Assembly (NCBI GenBank): GCA_963170185.1
Contig: CAUJGS010000106.1
Coordinates: 2,905 to 66,904 of the forward strand
Reading direction: 5' to 3'
Source of the DNA: Bdellovibrionota bacterium
Lineage (GTDB): Bacteria > Bdellovibrionota > Bdellovibrionia > Bdellovibrionales > JAMPXM01
Length of the DNA stretch: 64,000 nt
The position numbers were made by a program, and so were the translations under genes. Of the stretch, positions 43,831 to 53,435 are shown one piece after another (positions within the stretch are counted from its first letter, which is position 1; every line of letters starts with the position of its first letter). The notes beneath the pieces are model-generated. The model was given only the letters and a program-made list of their open reading frames with translations, made no database searches and was not told where the DNA came from.

Positions 43831-45108
43831 ATGCTGAACGCTATGTCCCTGTCGCTTAAAGAAATTCTGGAAATGGCGATGGCCAAAGAGGCCAGCGACG
43901 TCCATCTGAAAGCGGGCCTCGTCCCCGTTATCCGCAAACATGGCAAGCTGCGTCCATTGGGTCAGGGTTTGGTCCAACTCAGCTCGCAAGATCTCGAGAA
44001 AATGGCCGTCGAAATCCTCGACGAAGAGCAGCTCAACCATTTTCAGAAATACAAAGAAGTCGACTGCGGCTACGGCGTGCCAGGCGTGGGACGTTTTCGC
44101 GTTAACATTTTCAAACAGCGCGGCTCGATTCGCATGGTCATCCGCACGATCACGTCGCACGTGCCGTCGATCGACAGCCTTCACCTACCCGGCGTCTTAA
44201 AAAAGATCGCCGAATATGAACGTGGGCTCGTCTTGGTCACCGGCATCACCGGTTCGGGAAAAAGTTCGACGCTGGCTTCATTGATCAACGAGATCAACAA
44301 CACGAAGAACAAACACATCCTCACCATCGAAGATCCCATCGAGTATCTGATTCGCGACAAAAAAAGCATCATCTCGCAGCGAGAGATCGGCCAGGACACC
44401 ACCACATTCGCCGCCGCCCTTCGCTCGGGATTAAGACAAGATCCGGACGTGATTCTCATAGGAGAAATGCGCGACCGCGACACCATCGAAACCGCGCTTA
44501 CGGCCGCCGAAACCGGTCACTTGGTGCTTTCAACTCTGCACACCGTCGACGCGCAAGAATCGATCAACCGAATCCTGGGAGTGTTTGAACACTATCAACA
44601 CGACCAGATCCGCCGTCAGCTTGCCGGTGTTTTGAAGGCCGTGGTTTCGCAGCGTCTTTGTCGCAAGAAAGACAAAACCGGGTTTGTTCCGGCTGTCGAG
44701 ATTCTGATCTCCAACCAACGTGTTCGAGAAACCATCGAAGAGGCGGAACGCAACGTCTCGCTCAGGCAAATCATGGAAGAAAGTCGCGACACGGTCGGCA
44801 TGCAGACCTTTGATCAAAGTTTGGCGGATCTCGTCGAAGAGGGCTTGGTTGAAATGACCGAAGCACTGCGCATGTCGACCAATCCCGATGACTTCCAGCT
44901 CCGATTTAGCGGCGTCGCCGGCGGCGGACAGCAATGGGGCCGTGCTCCAAGCACGAATCCCGGATGGGCCTCGAAAGAGGGTCGTTTTGAGCTTGAAATC
45001 GACAACACCGCAAGTCACGGTGGAAACGATGACAACGAAGCCGCCGATTACGAACCAGAACCGGAAGATCGCTGGACTCAGCGACGCACCTACCAAGACG
45101 ACGACTGA
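43831..45108 (+). CDS. pilT: type IV pilus retraction ATPase PilT with a ~50-aa C-terminal extension
   Basis: ASDVHLKAGL, Walker A GITGSGKSST, ILIGEMRD and ETGHLVLSTLHT are present. The ORF-track start at 43357 is rejected because it is antisense to pgpA. Confidence 0.9.
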   Translation: MLNAMSLSLKEILEMAMAKEASDVHLKAGLVPVIRKHGKLRPLGQGLVQLSSQDLEKMAVEILDEEQLNHFQKYKEVDCGYGVPGVGRFRVNIFKQRGSIRMVIRTITSHVPSIDSLHLPGVLKKIAEYERGLVLVTGITGSGKSSTLASLINEINNTKNKHILTIEDPIEYLIRDKKSIISQREIGQDTTTFAAALRSGLRQDPDVILIGEMRDRDTIETALTAAETGHLVLSTLHTVDAQESINRILGVFEHYQHDQIRRQLAGVLKAVVSQRLCRKKDKTGFVPAVEILISNQRVRETIEEAERNVSLRQIMEESRDTVGMQTFDQSLADLVEEGLVEMTEALRMSTNPDDFQLRFSGVAGGGQQWGRAPSTNPGWASKEGRFELEIDNTASHGGNDDNEAADYEPEPEDRWTQRRTYQDDD

Positions 45109-45661
45109 GACGACGACTGAGTCGAAGCCCAAGCGTCCCTCCGGTCGATCGGCATACGATCGGCTGGTCGACTATCTCGCGCGACGCGATCATTCGGAGC
45201 GTGAACTTCGCGAAAAGCTTAAAAAAGCCCAGCACACCGACCAAGAAATTGAATCGGCTATCGGCGAAGCGCGCGAGCGCAAGTGGCTGCCCGACGAATC
45301 TGTTCTCGCAACTCGCGAAGCCGATCGGCTGGCAAGACAGGGAAAATCCCCCCAGCAGATTCGTGTTTGGCTAGGTCGAAAAGGCCTCCCCACCTCCGGA
45401 CTCCAAGCTCTTCTGACAGAAAACGAAGAGCAAAGTGCCTATAAAACAGCGCTGAAAGCCTGGGCGCAACAACGCCGCCTCGCAGAGCGGCAGCTTGCGA
45501 AACTGGCCGACGCCGACGGCTCCGACGATAGCTTCAGCCAACCCGATCTCGAACGCCTGCTTCGCGATCGCCTGCAACGCCTGCTCATCAGTCGAGGTTT
45601 TTCAGGGAGTACGGCGCGCGCTGTCTTTACTCGCCTCCTTAAGGAAAATCCCCTAAGCTAG
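45029..45661 (+). CDS. recX: RecA regulator RecX
   Basis: SAYDRLVDYLARRDHSERELREKLKK.. is followed by repeated three-helix modules. The start is uncertain. The only in-frame ATG/GTG candidates (45029, 45020 and the ORF-track start at 44888) all overlap the pilT 3' end, by about 80 nt for 45029. Confidence 0.7.
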   Translation: MTTKPPITNQNRKIAGLSDAPTKTTTETTTESKPKRPSGRSAYDRLVDYLARRDHSERELREKLKKAQHTDQEIESAIGEARERKWLPDESVLATREADRLARQGKSPQQIRVWLGRKGLPTSGLQALLTENEEQSAYKTALKAWAQQRRLAERQLAKLADADGSDDSFSQPDLERLLRDRLQRLLISRGFSGSTARAVFTRLLKENPLS

Positions 45662-45706
45662 TCCCACAGCCCAGGAATAGCTTGCGCGAGGGAGCGAAGT
45701 TTAAAA

Positions 45707-48439
45707 ATGAAATCGAGAGAAATTCGTCAGACGTTTTTTGATTACTTCTCCAAAAACGGCCACCAGATGGTGGCCTCTAGTTCGCTCGTTCCCGAAAACG
45801 ACCCGACGTTGCTCTTTGCAAACGCCGGCATGAATCAATTCAAAAACCTTTTCTTGGGCTTAGAAAAGCGCGCCTATAGCCGCGCCATCACCTCGCAAAA
45901 ATGTGTTCGCGCCGGCGGTAAACACAACGACTTGGAAAACGTCGGCTTCACCGCTCGTCACCACACCTTCTTTGAAATGCTCGGGAACTTTTCGTTTGGC
46001 GATTATTTTAAAAAGGACGCGATTCACTTTGCTTGGGAACTTCTCACCAAAGAATTGCAGATTCCAAAAGATCGTCTTTATGTGACCGTCTTTCAAACCG
46101 ACGACGACGCAGCCGACATCTGGCACAAACAAGAAGGTGTTCCGCGCGAACGCATTTATCGTTTTGGCGAAAAAGATAACTTCTGGCGCATGGGCGATGT
46201 CGGGCCATGCGGACCGTGTTCAGAAATTTTCTACGACCACGGTCCCGAAGCGGATCTCGACCCAGCCAACCCATCAGTCATGGGCGGCGAAGGCGATCGC
46301 TACGTCGAAATCTGGAACAACGTCTTCATGCAGTTTAACGAAAGCGCGGAAGGCCGCACGGCTTTGCCAAAACCTTCGGTCGACACGGGCGCAGGCCTAG
46401 AGCGTTGGGCGGCGATGCTTCAAGGTCGTCCAAACAACTACGACACCGATCTCTTTATGCCGATCATTTCGAAGGCGGCGCAGGTTTCGAAAAAAGACTA
46501 CGTCAGCGACTACAAAGTTCTCGCTAAACACGCCGACATCCGCGAGCAAGTGGCCGCGATGCGAGTTTTGGCCGACCATTCACGCGCGACAGCGTTTTTG
46601 ATCGCCGACGGTGTGCTTCCTTCCAATGAAGGTCGCGGCTACGTCCTTCGTCGCATCATGCGCCGAGCGATTCGCTACGGCCGTAAACTCTCTGGTGACT
46701 CGACACTTTTCATTCAAACGATTCAAGTCGTCATCGACGAGATGAGCGATATCTACCCCGAGCTTCAGCGCGGTCGCGAACACATTCTTTCGACCGTCAA
46801 AGACGAGATTCAGCGCTTCTTGACGACTCTTGATCAAGGGACCGAGATCTTAAACGATTCGCTTTCTAAGCTCGGTAACCGCGGGGCTAAAATTCTCGAC
46901 GGTGCGACGATCTTTAAGCTCTACGACACCTTTGGTTTCCCGGTCGATCTCACGCGCCTCATGGCGCAGGAGAAAGGTTTTGGCGTCGACGAAAAAGGTT
47001 TTGAAAAACAAATGGACGACGCTCGTGAAAAAGCGAAGGCCGCAAGCGGATCGAAATTCAAAGCGTCGACCGATGCCGCTCACCTGGTTCGCATTGCACA
47101 AGATGTGAAATCAAAGACAGGCCCTTCTATTTTCCTCGGCTACCATGGCTGCACAGGAAAAGGAAAAGCGCTGCTTCTTTCAAACGGCAAAACTCAAGTG
47201 AAGTCGTTAAAGACTGGCGAAGAAGGTCTTTTGATTTTAGATCGTACACCTTTCTACGGCGAATCCGGCGGTCAAGCTGGCGATCGCGGAACTCTTAAGG
47301 CAGGTGCTACAACCGTAGAGGTTTTTGATACGACCAAGCAAGACGACGTGATTTTGCATCACGTGCGCATTTCCGCAGGCACCATTGAAGAGGGCGCAAG
47401 CCTAGAAGCCGAAGTCGAAGAGTCTTCGCGCCGTTCGACTGCGAACAACCACTCGGCCACTCACTTGCTGCACGCAGCTTTGAGAAAAGTTTTGGGCACA
47501 CACGTGACTCAAGCTGGAAGCTTGGTTGAAAGCGAACGCTTGCGATTTGACTTCACCCACACCAAATCACTTTCTCGAGAAGAGCTTCGCACCATCGAAG
47601 ATATGGTGAACGCCGAAATTTCGGCGGCTCGCGAAGTCAATGCTGCCGAAATGTCACATAGCGAAGCCATGAAAAAAGGCGCGATGGCCCTTTTTGGCGA
47701 AAAATACGGCGACCAAGTTCGCGTCATCACTATGGGCACTATGGACGGAACAACAGGCGGTGGCGCACAAGCGTTCTCGACCGAGCTTTGTGGCGGAACG
47801 CACGTTTCCAACACGTCACAAATTCGCCTCTTCAAAATTCTTAGCGAAGGCGGAGTCTCTGCTGGTGTTCGTCGTATCGAAGCGACAACAGGCGACCGTG
47901 CACTTCAGTACTTGCTCTCAAATGCCGACGAAAACCTGCACGCTCGCGAAACAGCGGGCTTACAAGGTGGCGCCGGGACCGTGTCAGGTTACATCGAAGG
48001 CCTTCGCGAAAAGATGAAAGAACTTGAGCGTGAGCTTAAAAAACTAAAAGGCTCGTCGATTGATGCCGATAGTCTCGTGCGCGAAGCAAAATCGTTTTCA
48101 CTAAAAGGTGTTAGCGGCCGCTTTGTTGCCGCATCACTTGAGATCGACGATCGCGACGTGCTTTCGCAATTGGCCGACAAGCTTCGCGATAAACTGGGAA
48201 CAGGTGTTGTGTGCCTCGTTGGCCGTGGGCCAGATGGCTCGGCCGGCGGCAAGCACCCGATCATCGTGACGGTTTCAAAAGATCTCACAGCGCACGTCAG
48301 TGCCGGTAAGATTCTCGCGGAAGTCGCAAAAGAGATGGGCGGAAAAGGCGGCGGTCGCCCCGACTTCGCTCAAGGCGCTGGCGAAACTCTCGCGAACGCC
48401 AATAGCGCCTTCACGAAAGCCTCCGCCATGCTCGCTTAA
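45707..48439 (+). CDS. alaS: alanine--tRNA ligase
   Basis: MKSREIRQTFFDYF..GH, KCVRAGGKHNDLENVG, and HHTFFEMLGNFSFGDYFK are present. The editing-domain HSATHLLH motif and a C-terminal DHHA1-like region are also present. Confidence 0.97.
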   Translation: MKSREIRQTFFDYFSKNGHQMVASSSLVPENDPTLLFANAGMNQFKNLFLGLEKRAYSRAITSQKCVRAGGKHNDLENVGFTARHHTFFEMLGNFSFGDYFKKDAIHFAWELLTKELQIPKDRLYVTVFQTDDDAADIWHKQEGVPRERIYRFGEKDNFWRMGDVGPCGPCSEIFYDHGPEADLDPANPSVMGGEGDRYVEIWNNVFMQFNESAEGRTALPKPSVDTGAGLERWAAMLQGRPNNYDTDLFMPIISKAAQVSKKDYVSDYKVLAKHADIREQVAAMRVLADHSRATAFLIADGVLPSNEGRGYVLRRIMRRAIRYGRKLSGDSTLFIQTIQVVIDEMSDIYPELQRGREHILSTVKDEIQRFLTTLDQGTEILNDSLSKLGNRGAKILDGATIFKLYDTFGFPVDLTRLMAQEKGFGVDEKGFEKQMDDAREKAKAASGSKFKASTDAAHLVRIAQDVKSKTGPSIFLGYHGCTGKGKALLLSNGKTQVKSLKTGEEGLLILDRTPFYGESGGQAGDRGTLKAGATTVEVFDTTKQDDVILHHVRISAGTIEEGASLEAEVEESSRRSTANNHSATHLLHAALRKVLGTHVTQAGSLVESERLRFDFTHTKSLSREELRTIEDMVNAEISAAREVNAAEMSHSEAMKKGAMALFGEKYGDQVRVITMGTMDGTTGGGAQAFSTELCGGTHVSNTSQIRLFKILSEGGVSAGVRRIEATTGDRALQYLLSNADENLHARETAGLQGGAGTVSGYIEGLREKMKELERELKKLKGSSIDADSLVREAKSFSLKGVSGRFVAASLEIDDRDVLSQLADKLRDKLGTGVVCLVGRGPDGSAGGKHPIIVTVSKDLTAHVSAGKILAEVAKEMGGKGGGRPDFAQGAGETLANANSAFTKASAMLA

Positions 48440-48498
48440 GGTACCGCCTTGTTTTTTGATTTGCACCGCAGCAAGCGGCGCAAATCAAAAACAAGGCG
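48440..48498 (+). repeat. stop-codon-adjacent repeat, copy A, forming a ~23-bp palindromic hairpin between convergent alaS and speB
   Basis: GGTACCGCCTTGTTTTTTGATTTGCACCGCAGCAAGCGGCGCA starts immediately after the alaS TAA. The arm 48445-48464 pairs with 48480-48498 (19 bp, one bulged T), and there is an inner CCGC/GCGG stem. Confidence 0.8.
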
Positions 48499-48503
48499 CG
48501 AGC

Positions 48504-49481
48504 CTAGCGCTTGGATTCGGCCATGAGGCCGATCAGCTCAAAGGCGACATCAAGACCCACTAGCTGAGTGATGTCGGAGACATCGTAAGCCGGATTGATT
48601 TCCACGACGTCCGCACCAACCAAGCGCTTGATCTTTAGCGCACGCAGAATCTGCTGCGTCTCAAAAGTCGTAAGCCCACCCGGCACTGGCGTGCCGGTTC
48701 CTGGTGCGTACGCAGGATCAAGACAGTCGACATCAAACGAGATGTAAACCGGATCGTCGCCAAAATCTGGAAGCGATTTGATGAACCCTTCTAAGCCAGG
48801 ACGAAGACGAATCTCATCGACAGTCGCGACACGAATGCCGTGCTTCTTCACGAAATCGAGATCGTCGCCACCTGCCAGCGGACCACGAATTCCTATCTGA
48901 ATCGAGCCTTTTGCATCGATCAGCCCCTCCTCCACCGCGTGGCGAGCAAATGAACCGTGATGATACTCGCAGTCCCAAGCGGCCGGATAGGTATCCAAAT
49001 GCGCATCGAAGTGAATAAGACGAACTGGTTTGCCGACGTGCTTTCGCACCTCACGTAAAATCGGAAGCGTGATCGAGTGATCGCCGCCAACCGCGATGAA
49101 GCGTTTTCCCAGCGCCAGCCCGTTGCCAAACCATGTCTGAATGCGCTCGTAGGTTTTTAACAAATCAACCGGCACTGTTGGCACGTCACCGACATCCGCC
49201 ACTTTTAGCTTTTGCGTGAACGCCATCATGCGGCCCATGTGAAACACTCGGCCCAGCGAAGAGGCTTCGCGCACACCGACCGGAGCAAAGCGCTGCCCCG
49301 GACGATAGCTGGCGCCACCGTCAAACGGCACGCCGACAAGGCCAACATCGTAGTCCTCTTTCACGTCCACGTAAGGAAGTCGGAAGAATGTTTTGATGCC
49401 CGCAAAGCGCGGAACCTCGCGACCAGACGTGGGATGATAACGATGTGAAATCGAACTATTCGCTGTGGGATTATTCGCCAT
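48504..49481 (-). CDS. speB: agmatinase (arginase-fold ureohydrolase)
   Basis: GGDHSITLPILR, IHFDAHLD and SFDVDCLDP are Mn-binding motifs. Confidence 0.88.
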   Translation of the reverse strand: MANNPTANSSISHRYHPTSGREVPRFAGIKTFFRLPYVDVKEDYDVGLVGVPFDGGASYRPGQRFAPVGVREASSLGRVFHMGRMMAFTQKLKVADVGDVPTVPVDLLKTYERIQTWFGNGLALGKRFIAVGGDHSITLPILREVRKHVGKPVRLIHFDAHLDTYPAAWDCEYHHGSFARHAVEEGLIDAKGSIQIGIRGPLAGGDDLDFVKKHGIRVATVDEIRLRPGLEGFIKSLPDFGDDPVYISFDVDCLDPAYAPGTGTPVPGGLTTFETQQILRALKIKRLVGADVVEINPAYDVSDITQLVGLDVAFELIGLMAESKR

Positions 49482-49549
49482 AGTGGCGTCAGGCTAACGC
49501 GAAAGCCCCTCAGCCGCCAAGCAGCTTCAGCCGAAGGCTGAAGCGACAC

Positions 49550-50524
49550 CTATAAGCGTGCCATGCGATCGAATTCTTCGAGGTTTAAACGAAGGTGAAG
49601 GCGCAGCTTCGAACGTTCGGGCTCGGAGTTCATGATTTTCGCAAACTCCTCGCGGTTTTGTGCCGTCACGAACGGCAACGACTGACTCGCGACAGCATCC
49701 TTCACGTCCCAGCCACTTTCTTTTAACGCACGAACCACAGCGCCATCCGCCAACTTGGAGTCGACGCTGCGGTGGCGAGCCAAAATCGCCAGCGCTTGAG
49801 TCGAAAGCGGACCACTGACCGTCGAGGCAAGTGCTTTAGCCGCGATCTCCATGGCGGTTTGTCCTTGCGAGTCCGGTAAAATTTCAGCCAAAGCCAAAGC
49901 CTGTTCACGAACATTGTCGTCCGCATGGTTCACATAGGTCTTGGCGATACGGGCAACATCGTAAGGGTCGTTCAGACCATTCGCGCGCGAAGCAAGCGCT
50001 AGCTCGCGAAGAAAAGCCAGCTCCATCACTGTCTGGTCCACCAGAACCTGGGCATAGCCGCCTGCGTCCGCCAAGGCTTCAGGGTGATTCACCGGACAAC
50101 GAGCCGATTCAGCCGAAGAGAGGGTGATACGATCCATTGCCCCAGCAAGCTTTTCGCATTGGCGAATCTGAATAAGTCTCTGCAGCGCCTGCTCCGAGGC
50201 AGATGCGCCGCTTGAAGGTGCTGATTTCTGATTCTTAAAAAGTGCGTCGACTTTGGCACGCGCAAATTCAGCAGCGGCATCCAAGTTTTCAGCAGGTTCC
50301 GACCGACGACGTGAGCCGACGGTTGCACCGTCTTTTTCAACCCGAGACGGCTCGTCAACCGCTGAAGTCAAAAGCTGAGGTATCGATTCAGACTTCGACA
50401 CTGGTCCGGATTCGGCGCCGGATTCGGGGCCAGATCCGCGCCCGGAAAGCACCAGACCGGCGACAAGTACCGAGCTCAAAGCCCCCGCTAAGATGGCAAG
50501 TTTCGCGCGGCGACCCAGCATCAC
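49550..50524 (-). CDS. membrane-anchored helical-repeat hypothetical protein
   Basis: 324 aa with an N-terminal TM segment (LAILAGALSSVLVAGLVL). The C-terminal half is Ala/Leu-rich and helical, HEAT-like. Its start overlaps the upstream gene's stop (ATGA). Confidence 0.5.
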   Translation of the reverse strand: MMLGRRAKLAILAGALSSVLVAGLVLSGRGSGPESGAESGPVSKSESIPQLLTSAVDEPSRVEKDGATVGSRRRSEPAENLDAAAEFARAKVDALFKNQKSAPSSGASASEQALQRLIQIRQCEKLAGAMDRITLSSAESARCPVNHPEALADAGGYAQVLVDQTVMELAFLRELALASRANGLNDPYDVARIAKTYVNHADDNVREQALALAEILPDSQGQTAMEIAAKALASTVSGPLSTQALAILARHRSVDSKLADGAVVRALKESGWDVKDAVASQSLPFVTAQNREEFAKIMNSEPERSKLRLHLRLNLEEFDRMARL

Positions 50525-52188
50525 TTAACCTTCACCCACTCTTGAACGGTGGTTGTCGGATACGTGCGGCCCGCAAAAATATAGCCAACATCCTGGCCAT
50601 TGTTCACTCGAAGCCAGATTTCGTTGGCCGCGCCAAGAACCTTGATCTCTTCCACGACCGGTGTCGCACCTTTGGCAATCTGCCCTTTAATTTCGGCACG
50701 CATCGCCCCCGTCTCCGGAGCAACCAAGAGCTTCACACCATCGGCTTTTGCGATCTCAACTCTCGACCCTTTTGTCGGAAGCCAAGCCGTAATGAATTTC
50801 CCGAGATCGCCAAAGGCCTTTGGTTCGACAGTCAAAAGCTTCGCTGTGGTGTCGGCCGTTCCGGCGTCGATCCAACCTTCTGTCTTCGCATTCAGACGAA
50901 TACGATAGTAACGCTTTGCCTTCGGATCGAGACTCACTTCGATATCTAAAACCTGAAAGCCCAAACCCTTTTTGGCGTAGCCGACCACGCGACCGCCGAC
51001 AGCGGCACGCACGGCAAGATCCTGCTTCGCGATGACCGCGTCACCGATTAAGGCAAATCCCTGTTCCGACGCCTGGCAAAGAGTCATGCGATCTTCATGA
51101 TAACGACGCGTAAGCTTTGCGACCTCGGAGTCCGAGGCCGAGATCTTTAGCGGCTCGCTGGATTTTAAGTCTGGCGTCAGCGCAGCAAGGCACGTGAACA
51201 CGCGAAGATCGCGCGCGCACTCAAGCTGCTGCCCTTCGCCAACTACACAAGTCGATCCATCCTCAAGCAGCAGCGGACGACTTGCGAGATACTCGCCTTT
51301 TCGCTCTTTTGCGATCGCACAAAGATCATCGCCCGAGCGGATACATGCGAGGTCGATTGCAAGCTTGTGATCGTCCGTTCGAACCCACTCGCTCCATTTT
51401 TTTCCGGTGAGCTTTCCAAAATAGTTTTTGTCGTTCTTCGCCCAAGGGTGCCCGGGGTTTGTCCAACGACAGATCGCATCCGAACCGCCATTGTACGCCG
51501 AGTACGCGGCACGCGTGATGTTCACCAAGGTTTGCGCGCGCTTTTGGTTTTTCACACGATTGATACAGCGTGCGCGACTGGCCATTTCCCACTTCGCATA
51601 AAAGTGCTCGATACCAAAACCGACGTTGCCCACGAGATCAAACGATGTGTCGCGCTCTTTCGAGGCATGGTACTTCTGATTGATCTGCATCATGCCGTGG
51701 CTGATGTTTTTGTCGCCCGTCATCAGTTTGTACCGACCGTCTTTTCCAACCCGGTAATGCGACCAATAGGTCTCCTGATGAGCCACCGCTTCGATGGCTT
51801 CGACGAAGGCTTTTACTTCATCGTCTTGAACGTCTGGTTTTTTAGCCCGAATGTACTCTGTCGAAAGATCTCGCAGCAGAGCATGCATCGCCGTCACGTA
51901 ATCGCGACGATGTTCATCCGGTGTCGTCGTCGTTCGGTCGAATACGAAGTCGTGATAAATGAACTTGATACGAGACGTGTCGCCAAATCGGTTGGCTTCA
52001 CAACCCGAAGGGGCCTCGCCCCAGTTCCAATCACCGGCGTCCTTGGCAAAGCAATCGCGCACAAAAGCGACCTTGCTCGTAGCCGAGTCTGGAAGCACGC
52101 TCATGAGTCCAAGAATCGCGGCAAGGGCCGCAAGCCCCGCGCTAGACTTCATCAGTAGCTTCGCATGTTTACCGGTTTTTTCCGCCAT
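50521..52188 (-). CDS. secreted lytic transglycosylase-like protein (SLT motifs) with two C-terminal SH3b-like domains
   Basis: AGGAG lies 7 nt upstream of the ATG at 52188. The family-1 LT motifs AHQETYWSHY (E-S), SHGMMQINQKYH and AAYSAYNGG are present. LAVRAA..GYAKKG..YYRIRLNAKTEGWIDAG and ..IWLRVNNGQDVGYIFAG are SH3b-like. Confidence 0.65.
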   Translation of the reverse strand: MAEKTGKHAKLLMKSSAGLAALAAILGLMSVLPDSATSKVAFVRDCFAKDAGDWNWGEAPSGCEANRFGDTSRIKFIYHDFVFDRTTTTPDEHRRDYVTAMHALLRDLSTEYIRAKKPDVQDDEVKAFVEAIEAVAHQETYWSHYRVGKDGRYKLMTGDKNISHGMMQINQKYHASKERDTSFDLVGNVGFGIEHFYAKWEMASRARCINRVKNQKRAQTLVNITRAAYSAYNGGSDAICRWTNPGHPWAKNDKNYFGKLTGKKWSEWVRTDDHKLAIDLACIRSGDDLCAIAKERKGEYLASRPLLLEDGSTCVVGEGQQLECARDLRVFTCLAALTPDLKSSEPLKISASDSEVAKLTRRYHEDRMTLCQASEQGFALIGDAVIAKQDLAVRAAVGGRVVGYAKKGLGFQVLDIEVSLDPKAKRYYRIRLNAKTEGWIDAGTADTTAKLLTVEPKAFGDLGKFITAWLPTKGSRVEIAKADGVKLLVAPETGAMRAEIKGQIAKGATPVVEEIKVLGAANEIWLRVNNGQDVGYIFAGRTYPTTTVQEWVKVK

Positions 52189-52347
52189 CGTGACGCTCCT
52201 GTTTGGTGTTGACCCGGCGAAGGTTTGCAAATCTGGGGCACCTCCGTATGACTCAGAGCACAGCCTGAGTCCGATTTCAGCGCCATTTCGAAACCAAAAC
52301 CTTCACGGACGTGACAAGAAACGGCACCCCACCTTAGGATTCCGGCC

Positions 52348-53421
52348 GTGACAGACCGTTTTTACAGCGCCCGCGCAAAAGAACTTAATGACTGGTACCT
52401 CGCCAACAAGCGCCCGCTGCCGTGGCGCGAATCGCGCGACCCGTATCGGATTTGGATCTCCGAAGTGATGCTGCAACAGACGACCGTCACGGCTGTCATA
52501 CCCTACTTCAATCGCTTTCTCGAACGCTTCCCCAACCTTGAGTCGCTTGCCGCCTCACCCCTGGAACAAGTTCTCGAACTCTGGGCCGGCCTTGGTTATT
52601 ACTCGCGGGCGCGGGCGCTTCACAAATCGGCGGGTGAACTGCGCACACGCGGCGGCTTTCCAAAAACTTATTCAGAGTTAATCAAACTTTCTGGTTTCGG
52701 CCCCTACACATCGCGCGCGGTTTCAAGCCTCGCATTTGCCGAGCCCGTCGGCGTCGTCGATGGCAACGTGATCCGCGTGCTCTCAAGGCTCTTGGATCTC
52801 GATCTTCAGTGGTGGAAGCCAAAAGTGCGCGACGAGCTTCAGCTACACGCCGACAAGCTTGCGCAAGCGGTTGCCGACTCAAGCACGATCAACCAAGGCC
52901 TGATGGAACTCGGGGCTACCATCTGCACCCCCAGTAAAAACCCAAGCTGCATGATCTGCCCTTGGATGAAATCCTGTCTGGCGCGAAAGAACTCGACGAT
53001 CGAAAAACGACCGACTCCAAAACCGCGCAAGGCCACCGAGTTCTGGGTGTGGGATGTCCACCTTGTTCAAAGTGACGGACGCGGCCAAGCCGGTGGCGTG
53101 CTGCTAATTGAAAACAACTATGCCCCTTTTCTTAAGGGGCATCTCGTGCCCATGGGAGAAGTTCGAAAAGAACCCCAACGGCCGAAGACGTTTGATTTCA
53201 AAGGCGCCGTCACGCACCACGAAATTTTCGTACGCGTAAAAAAAATCACAAGGCTCAAGACCAGAAGCGAAGCGAAAAAACTGGTCGAGTCCGCCGCAAA
53301 GTCGAAGGCGGAATCGAAGACGGCAACTGCGAAACCCAACTGGGTTCTTCCTAGCGAAATTCGCTCGCGAGTGCCATCGTCGCTGGTCAGAAAAGCACTC
53401 GACGGTTTAAGCGGCATCTGA
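52348..53421 (+). CDS. mutY: A/G-specific adenine DNA glycosylase
   Basis: LPWRESRDPYRIWISEVMLQQTTV, GLGYYSRA, and the Fe-S cluster motif CTPSKNPSCMICPWMKSC are present. The C-terminal domain is NUDIX-like. It has a GTG start. Confidence 0.9.
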   Translation: MTDRFYSARAKELNDWYLANKRPLPWRESRDPYRIWISEVMLQQTTVTAVIPYFNRFLERFPNLESLAASPLEQVLELWAGLGYYSRARALHKSAGELRTRGGFPKTYSELIKLSGFGPYTSRAVSSLAFAEPVGVVDGNVIRVLSRLLDLDLQWWKPKVRDELQLHADKLAQAVADSSTINQGLMELGATICTPSKNPSCMICPWMKSCLARKNSTIEKRPTPKPRKATEFWVWDVHLVQSDGRGQAGGVLLIENNYAPFLKGHLVPMGEVRKEPQRPKTFDFKGAVTHHEIFVRVKKITRLKTRSEAKKLVESAAKSKAESKTATAKPNWVLPSEIRSRVPSSLVRKALDGLSGI

Positions 53422-53435
53422 CAGTCTTAAGAGAG

